Source: Desulfatiglandales bacterium (GTDB lineage: Bacteria > Desulfobacterota > DSM-4660 > Desulfatiglandales > HGW-15). From it: 64,000 bases of DNA. The position numbers were made by a program, and so were the translations under genes. Positions 37,595 to 47,677 of this stretch are shown in pieces. The notes under the pieces were generated by a model. The model saw only the letters and a program-made list of their open reading frames with translations. It did not search any database and was not told the DNA's origin. Numbering within the stretch: position 1 is the stretch's first letter; each line of letters begins with the position of its first letter. Where the stretch lies: NCBI GenBank assembly GCA_963667015.2, contig CAXXJJ010000004.1:1952001-2016000 (forward strand), given 5' to 3'.

Positions 37595-39118
37595 ATGATG
37601 TTGGATCCTCCAAAAATAAATATAAAGATATTACCTTGCTGTTTATTGTTTGCAGTTTCGATCCTGTTTTTTATGGTATCTCAGGGATATGCCAGTAAAG
37701 GCGTTTATGACTGGGCTTTTGTTAAACTCGACTATGCACGGCAGGAAAAAGTACAGCAACTGAATAACTTCTGTAACCGGATACATGAACTGGCTATCCA
37801 TGCTTCTCTGGACCCGCTGGTTATAGCCTGCTTTAATATTAACAATCAGTTCTCTGAGACGGAAGCCGGGGATACAGTGCCAGAGACTTTAGCCTCCAGA
37901 GTCCTGGAACTGAAAAAAAGCTTTAACAAATACTATATCGAAAACTACTTTGCTTTTTACGATATAATGTTTGTCAACAAAAGGGGCGATGTATTCTTTT
38001 CAATACGAAAAGAGTCAGACCTGGATTCCAACCTTTTTACAGGTAAACTGGCGAAAAGTAACCTTTCGTTCTGCTTGAAGGAAAATCCTCAAAAGGAAAA
38101 ATATGTCGATTTCCAGTACTGGGAGCCTTCATCCGAACCGGCATCATTTTTTGTGGAGCCAGTTACTGAAGGCGGTATTCATATCGGCTGGATCATTCTT
38201 CAGTGTGCAATCAATAAATTCAATTCGATCCTGGCATGGACAGAAGATCTTGGACAAACAGGCGAGACATTTCTTGTGAATCGGAATGGTTATATGCTGA
38301 CTGAGTCCAATTTTAAAGGTTCTTCAACGATCCTGAAAAAACGACTGGATGACCGCAATATTCAGGCCAAGTTTGCAGAAAAAAAAGGGCATCGGACCGT
38401 TACAGACTACAGGGGATGCATTGCCTTCTCGTCATTCGAGGTTGTTAGTTTTCTTGGAACAAGCTGGCTCGTGGTTGCCAAGGTGGATAGAGATGAGATC
38501 ATCACAGAGCACTACTCACAGTATAGACGTTACTATGCGGACAAACTCCTGGGATATCTGAATGAAATACAGGTCCCCCAATTGAGGAATGTTCAGCCTC
38601 TGTCAATCATAACACCCCTAAGAATAGATATGGATGAATTTCTCAAGGCCGATAACGGTGAGTATATTCATACATTCGGAATATCAACCTGCACCGGATT
38701 TTTGGCTACTTACCCCGGTAAATTCGCCTACATGGCCCACATCAGCCCAAAGGACAGAATCTATGGGGCAAATGAGACAAATCTGCTGGGACAGATGATA
38801 AAAAAATTAAAAAGTTTTGATATCAACCGATGTGAACAGCGCCATGTGGTTTTTGTTTTTGTAGCAACTCATCTTAAAGGCCTTCTTGCAACCGTTGATA
38901 AGCTGGTTGAAGAGGGATTTCTTCTTTCTCAGATAAGGATTCTATATAATCCGGAGGCAGCTTCTGTGGCGGTTAACTATGGCTATGAAAAAAATGACCT
39001 GAATGTTTCATGGCGCCTGAACAATGATTCTACAGATAATTGTCATACCATAGAGGACTCTCTGAACATTGGGGAAATCATCAGGTTGGTAATGCAATCG
39101 GAGGAAAAATCATCTTAA
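37595..39118 (+). CDS. Predicted exported dCache-domain protein fused to a CheD/CNF1-like putative deamidase domain
   Basis: Single N-terminal hydrophobic segment; dCache motifs FYDIMFVNKRGDVFFSIRKESDL, LGQTGETFLVN, DYRG, WLVVAKVD; no second TM; IHTFGISTC(366)...AYMAH(382)ISP. Confidence 0.75.
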   Translation: MMLDPPKINIKILPCCLLFAVSILFFMVSQGYASKGVYDWAFVKLDYARQEKVQQLNNFCNRIHELAIHASLDPLVIACFNINNQFSETEAGDTVPETLASRVLELKKSFNKYYIENYFAFYDIMFVNKRGDVFFSIRKESDLDSNLFTGKLAKSNLSFCLKENPQKEKYVDFQYWEPSSEPASFFVEPVTEGGIHIGWIILQCAINKFNSILAWTEDLGQTGETFLVNRNGYMLTESNFKGSSTILKKRLDDRNIQAKFAEKKGHRTVTDYRGCIAFSSFEVVSFLGTSWLVVAKVDRDEIITEHYSQYRRYYADKLLGYLNEIQVPQLRNVQPLSIITPLRIDMDEFLKADNGEYIHTFGISTCTGFLATYPGKFAYMAHISPKDRIYGANETNLLGQMIKKLKSFDINRCEQRHVVFVFVATHLKGLLATVDKLVEEGFLLSQIRILYNPEAASVAVNYGYEKNDLNVSWRLNNDSTDNCHTIEDSLNIGEIIRLVMQSEEKSS

Positions 39119-39185
39119 AAAAGTATTTAACGGCAATTGAAGGATGCAGACATATGAATAATAAAATCTTACGGAGGTTGATAAA

Positions 39186-41642
39186 ATGTTTAACTTCAGA
39201 GATCTGAAGCTCATAACGAAAATCGGCGGTGGATTCGGAATATTGGTCATTATCTCACTAATGCTCGGTGGAATCTCAGTTTTTTCAATGCTCAATGTCA
39301 ACGATAAGTCAACTCAATTAGCAGAAGAATATATACCTGAAGTTAGAGTAGCTACTGACCTTCGAGGAGCTGTTAATCGTCTTATGTATGAAATGCGTGG
39401 GTTTGCATTAAGTGAAGACCATGAATACTATAAAAAAGCACAACAAGAGTTAACCGATGTAAACAAGTATTTGGATGAGGCTTCCGAGTTAGCTCAAAAT
39501 GCTAAAAATCTAAAAGCCCTGAAAGGCCAGACAGCTGAAGCCAAAACTGCGCTGAGCGACTATACAGAGCTTATTAAGAGGACTGAAGAAATCATTAGCG
39601 CAATGAATTTCCAAAGAAAGAAACTTGATGAAAATGCGGCTTCATACATGGCAAACTGTGAGGAGTTTCTTGAAGGCCAAAATGCGGCATTTAAAAAAGA
39701 CCTGGATGAGCGGCAGAAAAAAGTTTCCATGGTTAACAGTATTGCAGATTTAGGCACCTCCGTCCGGGTTATGAATTTTAAAGCTCAGGCCCAAAAAGAT
39801 CAGGATATGATGCGAGAAGCTATTACCAAGCTTAAAAGTGTGAATAATACAACTTCAGATCTTCGCAATATCACACGTCAGAGTGAAAACATAAAACAAA
39901 TTGAAACTATCGAAACTGCAGCAGAAGCATATGGGAAAGCTATGAACGGATATCTGAAAAGCGGACTTAAGCTTGATAGATACATTAAGGAGATGGACAC
40001 AGCAGCAGGTCAATATGTTGATAATTGCGCTGCTTTTCTCGAAAGCCAGCAGCAACAACTTACCAAAGACATGCATGAAAGAAATGAAAAAATAACTCTT
40101 GCCAACGATATTGTTAACCTTGGAAATGATACACGGGTAAAGGCATTCAAGGCCCAGGCCACAAATTCAATAGAACTAATTGGAGAGGCATTAAAGAATT
40201 TTCCTGAGATAAAGGAAAAATATACTTCCCTTCGAAGAATTACTCGACTGAAAGAAGATCTGGAGCGCATAGATAAGACTGAAACTGCGGGGAATAATTA
40301 TGCAACCGCTTTGGAAAATTTTCGAGAACAATGGAATAAACTGACAGAATTGAAAAGCCGGCGAGAATCGGCATCCCAGAAAGCTATTGAAGCCGCTAAA
40401 ACAACTGCAGAAGCCGGTATAGTGAACACCGAAAAGATTGCTAATGAAGCGATGTCAAGTCTTTCCAGATCTTCCACTATAATGATTATTGGATTGGTTA
40501 TAGCTGTTTTATTGGGAATATCTGTTGCGTGGCTTATTACCCGTAACATACTGAGTCAAATTGGTGGTGAACCAGCAGAAATATCACGAATTGCAAATGA
40601 AATTGCCAATGGTAATTTAAACCATTCATTCGAAAGAGGCAAAAAAACCGGTGTATTCGCTGCATTGGTCCAGATGGTAGAAAAACTTTCAAGTGTTGTC
40701 GCTGAAGTATTATCTGCATCTGAAAATGTGTCATCAGGCAGTCAGGAATTGAGCTCAAGTTCCGAAGAAATGTCCCAGGGCGCCACTGAACAGGCTGCAG
40801 CAGCAGAAGAGGCCTCTTCTTCAATGGAACAGATGAGTTCGAACATTAAGCAAAACGCAGACAATGCAATGCAGACAGAGAAAATTGCACAAAAATCCGC
40901 TGAGGACGCAAGAGAGGGTGGGGAAGCAGTTGCAAAAACCGTCGTAGCGATGAAGGATATAGCTGAAAAAATATCTATAATTGAAGAAATAGCACGTCAG
41001 ACAGACCTGCTGGCATTGAATGCAGCAATTGAAGCCGCACGCGCCGGTGAGCATGGCAAAGGCTTTGCAGTTGTAGCTTCCGAGGTACGTAAGCTCGCAG
41101 AAAGAAGCCAGTTAGCAGCAGGTGAAATAGGCACTTTATCCGGATCGAGCGTTGAGATCGCGGAAAAGGCAGGAAAGATGCTTACCAGACTGGTCCCGGA
41201 TATACAGAAGACTGCAGAGTTAGTTCAGGAAATTAATGCTGCTTCAAATGAACAAAATTCAGGAGCAGACCAGATTAATAAAGCTATCCAGCAATTGGAT
41301 CAGGTCATTCAACAGAACGCATCTGCGAGTGAGGAAATGGCATCCACCTCTGAGGAATTGGCCGCACAAGCAGAACAACTCCAGAGTACAATCTCCTTTT
41401 TTAAATTAAATGATTCGATGAAAAGTAATGTCAGATCCATAGAAACACCAGTTTTAAAAGGGAAAACATCTTTTTCTAATAAAACAACCTCAAAAAATGG
41501 AAATGGTGCGGGGATTCATAAACTTTATAAAGGTCACATTGATCAAGGAAATAAACATGATCATTCAGGAGGCTTTAATCTGGATATGGGAACTTTAGGC
41601 TCCAAGGAAGACTCATATGACTCTGATTTTGAGAATTACTAA
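39186..41642 (+). CDS. Methyl-accepting chemotaxis protein with an expanded helical-bundle periplasmic domain
   Basis: TM1, TM2, [45 protein letters not shown]-terminal pentapeptide DFENY. Confidence 0.95.
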   Translation: MFNFRDLKLITKIGGGFGILVIISLMLGGISVFSMLNVNDKSTQLAEEYIPEVRVATDLRGAVNRLMYEMRGFALSEDHEYYKKAQQELTDVNKYLDEASELAQNAKNLKALKGQTAEAKTALSDYTELIKRTEEIISAMNFQRKKLDENAASYMANCEEFLEGQNAAFKKDLDERQKKVSMVNSIADLGTSVRVMNFKAQAQKDQDMMREAITKLKSVNNTTSDLRNITRQSENIKQIETIETAAEAYGKAMNGYLKSGLKLDRYIKEMDTAAGQYVDNCAAFLESQQQQLTKDMHERNEKITLANDIVNLGNDTRVKAFKAQATNSIELIGEALKNFPEIKEKYTSLRRITRLKEDLERIDKTETAGNNYATALENFREQWNKLTELKSRRESASQKAIEAAKTTAEAGIVNTEKIANEAMSSLSRSSTIMIIGLVIAVLLGISVAWLITRNILSQIGGEPAEISRIANEIANGNLNHSFERGKKTGVFAALVQMVEKLSSVVAEVLSASENVSSGSQELSSSSEEMSQGATEQAAAAEEASSSMEQMSSNIKQNADNAMQTEKIAQKSAEDAREGGEAVAKTVVAMKDIAEKISIIEEIARQTDLLALNAAIEAARAGEHGKGFAVVASEVRKLAERSQLAAGEIGTLSGSSVEIAEKAGKMLTRLVPDIQKTAELVQEINAASNEQNSGADQINKAIQQLDQVIQQNASASEEMASTSEELAAQAEQLQSTISFFKLNDSMKSNVRSIETPVLKGKTSFSNKTTSKNGNGAGIHKLYKGHIDQGNKHDHSGGFNLDMGTLGSKEDSYDSDFENY

Positions 41643-41721
41643 AGAGGTATAAATCAAACTCCATGGCTATTCGCAGAATAGTGGCCAGATTTAAAGCGTC
41701 CTTTAAAAAGGAGCATTATAA

Positions 41722-41895
41722 TTGATTAATAGAGACACAGTCGAAACAAAACAATCCCTGACTTTTAAATTAGGTGATGAGTTGTTTGCGATAAATGTGG
41801 GGCAGGCAAAGGACGTCCTGAATATAGACCGGATTTTTTCAACGGATGGACTTCCCCTATCGCAGGAAACGGGCGCATCTCAGAATGATCAGTAA
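41722..41895 (+). pseudogene. Internally deleted cheW paralogue (57-codon open frame, mini-CheW)
   Basis: TTG-INRDTVETKQSLTFKLGDELFAINVGQAKDVL|NIDRIFSTDGLPLSQETGASQNDQ* matches both ends of CheW at 44353; AAGGAG RBS retained. Confidence 0.82.
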
Positions 41896-41988
41896 AATGA
41901 AAAATAAACGTTTTGTATCAGTAGAAAAAATAAGGTTTTAAAGGCATTTATTATTTAGAATTGAGTATAAGGCAATAAGGAGAGAATT

Positions 41989-44271
41989 ATGAAAATCCAA
42001 ATAAAAGACATCAGTATCAAATGGCAGTTGATGGCAATCTGTATCTTCCTGGTTACAATTCCTGTACTGACACTGGGGATTCTCAGTTATCGAAACACGC
42101 AGACTGAAACATTTAACCAAATCCAGCAGCGTCTTGAACAGCAGGCATTACAGGTTAAAATGCTTGTTAAAAGCACCTATGAAGAAATTCAGGCCAACAA
42201 GGCAAGTTCGGATCTGCTGGCAAAGGATATTGTCGGCTCACAGGCAGCGGCCCTTTCAAATTTTCTTAAAGCCTGGAACGGTCCAGTCAGAGAGCTCAAT
42301 GACATAATAACATCCATCAAGGTCGGTGAGACAGGATATATCTGGGCACTGGATTATGATGGCAATGTCATTGTATCCAAAGACAAACAGAGCATAGGTA
42401 CAAGCCTGTGGAATACAAAAGATGCAAACGGTAATTTCATTATGCAGGAAGCCATCTCAACTGCCCGCAATCTTTCAGCCAGTCAGATAGCTTATCAGGT
42501 TTATCCCTGGAAAAATGCAGGAGAAGATCATGCCAGGAATAAGATAGCTGCCCTGCTCCATGATGTTGCAAGAAAACGGATCATAGGAATCAGCGTTTAC
42601 TTTGACGAACTTGTTGATGCGTCTTATGCTGAAAACAAGATTAATGAACTGAAAAAGAATCTGTCCGACGTTGTTGTCGGAAAATCTGGTTATATCTTCA
42701 TTGTAGATACAAAGGGAAATTATGTACTCTCCTATAATCAGGAAAGAGATGGAGAAAACATTTGGGATGAAAAAGATGCAAACGGCTCCTATTTTATACG
42801 TGAAATAGTAAAAAAAGCCACCCCCCTCGGTGATTCGGATACAGACACAACCTATTATCCATGGAAGAACACCGGTGAGACAAACTCCAGGATGAAAATG
42901 GCGAGCTATACATATTTTCCCGAATGGAACTGGGTTATTGCTCCATCTGCATATCAGGAAGATTTTCTTGACGGCCTTAACCAGATATTCAATTTGACAA
43001 TTATTATAATTATCGCAGCGATCCTTGCAGGATCTATAGTAGCATACCTGTTTACTCATTCCTTAACCGGTAAACTTAAGTCCTGTGTATCAAAACTTCA
43101 GAAGTTATCCCTCGGAGATCTGCAGATTGAGGCAGAGGAAGATCCGGGGAAAAATGAAATAGGTATTATGACAGGTGCCCTTGACAAAATGGTCGAAAAT
43201 TTAAAAGAAACCGCCACGATGGCAAAAGAGATTGCATATGGAGATTTGACAGTAAAGGTAAATGTCCTGTCGGACAAAGATACTCTGGGCAAATCCCTGG
43301 CAGATATGGTTGAAAAGCTGGGCAAGGTTGTGACTGATGTAAAAACTGCGTCTGACAACGTTGCATCAGGCAGCCAGCAATTGAGTTCAAGCAGCGAAGA
43401 GATGTCTCAGGGAGCTACAGAACAGGCTTCTTCAGCTGAGGAGGCGTCTTCATCAGTTGAAGAGATGGCTGCAAATATACGGCAAAATGCTGACAATGCC
43501 AACCAGACGGAAAAGATTGCACTGAAATCCGCAGAAGATGCAAGAGTGGGCGGGCAGGCTGTCGAAAAGACGGTTACAGCCATGAAAGATATTGCGAAAA
43601 GGATTTCCATAATTGAAGAAATAGCGCGTCAGACCGATTTACTGGCCCTTAATGCAGCTATTGAAGCGGCCCGTGCAGGTGAGCATGGAAAAGGTTTTGC
43701 GGTAGTTGCATCAGAGGTACGCAAACTTGCGGAAAGAAGTCAGATTGCCGCAGGTGAAATCAGCACCCTGTCAGCGTCCAGCGTGGAAATATCAGAAAAA
43801 GCGGGAGAGATGCTGACAAGACTTGTGCCGGATATCCAAAAAACCGCGGAACTGGTCCAGGAGATAAATGCGGCATCCAATGAGCAGAGCACAGGAGCAG
43901 AACAGATCAATAAAGCCATTCAGCAACTGGATCAGGTAATCCAGCAGAATGCCTCTGCATCTGAAGAAATGGCCTCCACCTCCGAAGAATTAGCCTCTCA
44001 GGCCGACCAATTAAGGAGTTCTGTCGCCTTTTTTAAGACGGACAATTCCATAAAAAATTCCATTAGATCAACTGGATTGCCAGCACAAAACAGCAAACCA
44101 CAAAAATCATTGGCGCCCGCTCTTATGAAAGAGAAAAATGCTGTTTATAACAAATCCATAAGGCATCTTGATGAAATGAATAAAGCTGATAATTCCGGAG
44201 GTTTTGAACTGGATATGGATGGTTCAGGCCTTAAAGGGGATAGGTATGATTCAGACTTTGAGCACTATTAA
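41989..44271 (+). CDS. Methyl-accepting chemotaxis protein with two Cache-type periplasmic modules
   Basis: Repeated VG.TGYI...KDANG.F...YPWKN units, two HAMPs, MCP signalling domain, C-terminal DFEHY. Confidence 0.95.
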   Translation: MKIQIKDISIKWQLMAICIFLVTIPVLTLGILSYRNTQTETFNQIQQRLEQQALQVKMLVKSTYEEIQANKASSDLLAKDIVGSQAAALSNFLKAWNGPVRELNDIITSIKVGETGYIWALDYDGNVIVSKDKQSIGTSLWNTKDANGNFIMQEAISTARNLSASQIAYQVYPWKNAGEDHARNKIAALLHDVARKRIIGISVYFDELVDASYAENKINELKKNLSDVVVGKSGYIFIVDTKGNYVLSYNQERDGENIWDEKDANGSYFIREIVKKATPLGDSDTDTTYYPWKNTGETNSRMKMASYTYFPEWNWVIAPSAYQEDFLDGLNQIFNLTIIIIIAAILAGSIVAYLFTHSLTGKLKSCVSKLQKLSLGDLQIEAEEDPGKNEIGIMTGALDKMVENLKETATMAKEIAYGDLTVKVNVLSDKDTLGKSLADMVEKLGKVVTDVKTASDNVASGSQQLSSSSEEMSQGATEQASSAEEASSSVEEMAANIRQNADNANQTEKIALKSAEDARVGGQAVEKTVTAMKDIAKRISIIEEIARQTDLLALNAAIEAARAGEHGKGFAVVASEVRKLAERSQIAAGEISTLSASSVEISEKAGEMLTRLVPDIQKTAELVQEINAASNEQSTGAEQINKAIQQLDQVIQQNASASEEMASTSEELASQADQLRSSVAFFKTDNSIKNSIRSTGLPAQNSKPQKSLAPALMKEKNAVYNKSIRHLDEMNKADNSGGFELDMDGSGLKGDRYDSDFEHY

Positions 44272-44352
44272 AAACATTGCAGGCATTACATCCTTATTCG
44301 GTATGATATTTAAAGGAAATTGTAAATGTTCCAATGAGAAGGAGAAAGCACA

Positions 44353-44874
44353 ATGAACAGTACTAAAGAGACATCTGAGGTAACGCAATACCTTACCTTT
44401 AGACTTGATGATGAGATGTTTGCGATTAACGTGACCCAGGTAAGGGAAATTCTGGATACAACCACCATAACCAGGGTCCCCAACGCGCCCGTATTCATGC
44501 GTGGAGTTATTAATGTGCGAGGAAGCGTAGTCCCTGTGATAGACCTTCGCATGAAGTTCGAAATGTTAAAAACCGAAATCACTGTAGATTCCAGGATCGT
44601 TGTAATGGAGCTCTTCCTGGATGGTGACCAGACCGTTCTTGGCGCCATGGCTGATTCGGTCCACGATGTTATTGATCTTGAAACTGAAAATATCGAGCCT
44701 CCTCCGAAGATCGGTTCTAAATGGAGAACAGAATTCATAAAGGGGATAGGGAAAAACAATGATGATTTCATTATCATTCTGGATATAGACCGTATTTTTT
44801 CAACAAATGAACTAGCGATAATACAGGATACTGATCACCAGGAAGAAAAGGAAGAAGATAAAATCGCGGCATAA
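44353..44874 (+). CDS. cheW: Chemotaxis coupling protein
   Basis: QYLTFRLDDEMFAINV, TRVPNAPVFMRGVINVRGSVVPVIDLR. Confidence 0.96.
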   Translation: MNSTKETSEVTQYLTFRLDDEMFAINVTQVREILDTTTITRVPNAPVFMRGVINVRGSVVPVIDLRMKFEMLKTEITVDSRIVVMELFLDGDQTVLGAMADSVHDVIDLETENIEPPPKIGSKWRTEFIKGIGKNNDDFIIILDIDRIFSTNELAIIQDTDHQEEKEEDKIAA

Positions 44875-44878
44875 CCTT

Positions 44879-44917
44879 TTTACTATACCGGCTCACAGGA
44901 TAAGCAGGTATAGTAAA
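44879..44917. other. Intra-operon stem-loop between cheW and cheR
   Basis: TTTACTATACC / GGTATAGTAAA 11-bp inverted repeat. Confidence 0.55.
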
Positions 44918-44982
44918 GGAATTTTATATTCACACCTAAGCAGGCTCTTTATGTTCACATCATTCTTCCAAGAGTTAATAAT

Positions 44983-45837
44983 ATGAGCAGACAACACAAT
45001 ACAAATACAGTTCAGGAAAACATGAGTGACAGGATTTTTACTCGATTCAGCAGCTTTGTTCAATCTGAACTGGGAATAAAAATGCCTCTTGAAAAAAAGG
45101 TCATGCTTCAGGCCCGGCTTTCGAAGAGATTACGAAGACTCGGATTACAGACCTTTGAAGAATATTATAATTTTGTATTCAGCCAGCAAGGATATAAAGA
45201 TGAACTTCAGAATATGATTGATGCAGTTACCACTAATAAAACGGATTTCTTTCGGGAGCCGAAACATTTTGATTACCTGATTAAACAGGTATTACCGGAA
45301 TATGTAACCAGTGGCAATAACAGGAAGTTCATGGTCTGGAGTGCGGGATGTTCTAACGGAGCGGAACCCTATACTATATCGATGGTCTTGAGTGATTTTG
45401 CTGAAAAATACACTCAATTTGACTTTTCAATCCTCGCCACCGACCTCTCATCCCAGGTACTTAAAGAGGCTGCCCGGGGCATTTACCACGAAAATGATGT
45501 TGCCCCTGTTCCTTTGGAGACCAAAAAAAAATATCTACTGAGAAGCAGGAATCGAAACGAAAAGAAGGTAAGGATAATACCTGACTTGAGGTGCCGAATA
45601 GCGTTCAGGCAGCTAAACTTTATGGATGAGGAATATGGAATACGCAGGATCATGGATATTATTTTTTGCCGAAATGTTATTATATATTTCAGTAGACCTA
45701 CCCAGGAGACTGTCCTGAATCGCCTTTGCCGCCATTTAAAAAAAGGTGGCTATATGTTCATGGGACATTCCGAGACATTAAACGGTTTGGATGTCCCATT
45801 AGTACAAATAGCACCAAACATTTATAAAAAATTATGA
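44983..45837 (+). CDS. cheR: Chemotaxis protein methyltransferase
   Basis: TTNKTDFFREPKHF, VWSAGCSNGAEPYT, DIIFCRNVIIYF, GHSE. Confidence 0.96.
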   Translation: MSRQHNTNTVQENMSDRIFTRFSSFVQSELGIKMPLEKKVMLQARLSKRLRRLGLQTFEEYYNFVFSQQGYKDELQNMIDAVTTNKTDFFREPKHFDYLIKQVLPEYVTSGNNRKFMVWSAGCSNGAEPYTISMVLSDFAEKYTQFDFSILATDLSSQVLKEAARGIYHENDVAPVPLETKKKYLLRSRNRNEKKVRIIPDLRCRIAFRQLNFMDEEYGIRRIMDIIFCRNVIIYFSRPTQETVLNRLCRHLKKGGYMFMGHSETLNGLDVPLVQIAPNIYKKL

Positions 45838-45878
45838 ATTGTTACAAACGATAAATAATAAATAATTTACAGGTATGT

Positions 45879-46946
45879 ATGGATAAAAAAATACAAGTTC
45901 TTATTGTTGATGATTCTGCTGTTGTTCGGCAGACCATGGAAAAAATACTCAATTCTGATCCAGATATTGAAGTAATGGCAACTGCAGTTGATCCCTTTTA
46001 TGCTGCGGTAAAAATAAAACACCAGATCCCTGATGTAATAACCCTGGACGTGGAAATGCCTCGAATGGATGGAATTACATTTCTCCAGAAAATAATGCAC
46101 CAGCACCCTATCCCGGTAGTAATATGCTCCAGTTTAACGAAAGATGGCTCTAAAACAGCCATGAAGGCCCTGGAGTATGGAGCTGTTGAGATAATTCAAA
46201 AACCAAAAATGGATACAAAGAAGTTTTTTGAGGAATCCAGAATACAGATATGCGATACAGTAAAGGCGGCTTCCTTTGTTAAAAGAAAAAAAATTCAAAA
46301 GCCAAGGGAAATCGAGCCCAAATTAACAGCAGATGCTGTTATACCACCAAATCGTTCAAAGGCCATGATCCAGACCACTGAAAAAGTTGTTGTTGTCGGG
46401 GCATCCACAGGAGGGACTGAGGCATTACGGATTTTCCTTGAAGCTCTCCCAATGAACAGTCCTGGAACAGTTATTGTTCAGCACATGCCTGAAAACTTTA
46501 CTGCAAGTTTTGCCAAACGTCTGGACAGCTTGTGTAAAGTATCTGTTAAAGAGGCGAAAGACAATGATACTGTCATTCCGGGACTAGCGCTTATTGCTCC
46601 TGGGAACAAACATACATTGCTTAAAAGGAGCGGCGCCAGGTATTATGTGCAGGTCAAGGATGGACCTCTTGTCTGCAGACACCGTCCTTCGGTTGATGTA
46701 CTGTTTCGTTCTGCAGCGCGCTATGCAGGCGCTAACGCCGTTGGTGTAATAATGACGGGGATGGGAGACGACGGGGCAAATGGGTTACTGGAGATGAAAG
46801 AAGCGGGAGCCTATACAATTGCCCAGGATGAGGAGTCAAGTGTTGTCTTCGGGATGCCTCAGGAGGCCATAAAACGAGGAGCGGTTATTAAAACACTACC
46901 TCTTAAAGCTATCTCAGGCGCTGTTATTCATGAGACACGAGTATAA
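45879..46946 (+). CDS. cheB: Chemotaxis response-regulator methylesterase
   Basis: REC domain plus [28 protein letters not shown]. Confidence 0.97.
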   Translation: MDKKIQVLIVDDSAVVRQTMEKILNSDPDIEVMATAVDPFYAAVKIKHQIPDVITLDVEMPRMDGITFLQKIMHQHPIPVVICSSLTKDGSKTAMKALEYGAVEIIQKPKMDTKKFFEESRIQICDTVKAASFVKRKKIQKPREIEPKLTADAVIPPNRSKAMIQTTEKVVVVGASTGGTEALRIFLEALPMNSPGTVIVQHMPENFTASFAKRLDSLCKVSVKEAKDNDTVIPGLALIAPGNKHTLLKRSGARYYVQVKDGPLVCRHRPSVDVLFRSAARYAGANAVGVIMTGMGDDGANGLLEMKEAGAYTIAQDEESSVVFGMPQEAIKRGAVIKTLPLKAISGAVIHETRV

Positions 46947-47015
46947 TATTGTTCCCAAATATTAATAAATATTATATCCTGTCCATGTGAAAAAGATAAC
47001 AGGCAAACAAGGGCA

Positions 47016-47570
47016 ATGAAAAAGGCTCATATAAACATAGGTGAATATCTTGCAAGCGACCAGCCGCTTATTATTCATACAATCCTCGGCTCATGCGTTG
47101 CGGTCTGTTTGTACGATCTTAAAAACCAGATAGGGGGGATGAACCATATCCTGCTCCCTGGGAAACCCAGCCTGAAAGAGTATGATCCTTCTGCCCGTTA
47201 TGGCATTAATGCTATGGAACTGCTGATAAACCGGATTATGAGCATTGGAGGAGACCGTCGTCATTTAAAAGCCAAGGTTTTTGGAGGAGCTAACGTCATA
47301 TCCGCTATTACAGAAGAATATAGCATGGGGAAAAAAAATTCGGAATTTGCAATCGACTTCCTTAATGACGAAAAGATTAAAATAGCGAATATGGATATAG
47401 GGGGAAAGAAAGCCCGCAAGATTTTTTTTCATACCGATACGGGTGATGTATTTTTAAAATATATACCTCCAGTACTTCAGACCTATATTTCCAAGAAAGA
47501 GGCTGACAGACTCAAGAGAATAAAAAGAGAGATAGACAGGATAGGAAAAGTAACTTTATTTGATGATTAG
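47016..47570 (+). CDS. cheD: Chemoreceptor glutamine deamidase
   Basis: TILGSCVAVCLYD, GGMNHILLP, RYGINAMELLIN, AKVFGGA. Confidence 0.95.
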   Translation: MKKAHINIGEYLASDQPLIIHTILGSCVAVCLYDLKNQIGGMNHILLPGKPSLKEYDPSARYGINAMELLINRIMSIGGDRRHLKAKVFGGANVISAITEEYSMGKKNSEFAIDFLNDEKIKIANMDIGGKKARKIFFHTDTGDVFLKYIPPVLQTYISKKEADRLKRIKREIDRIGKVTLFDD

Positions 47571-47677
47571 AGTTTATATCCGCCCTGCACAGGCCGATAG
47601 CTGTCTACCCGGGTGCCAACTGAAAGGACCTGATTCAGCCTCATCTCTTTTTTATCTGCCGGGGATATATTCTGTCT

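Noticed and set aside
40690..44040. Near-identical signalling regions of the two MCP genes as a mobile repeat
   Set aside because: Explained by paralogy of conserved MCP signalling domains, with many synonymous differences
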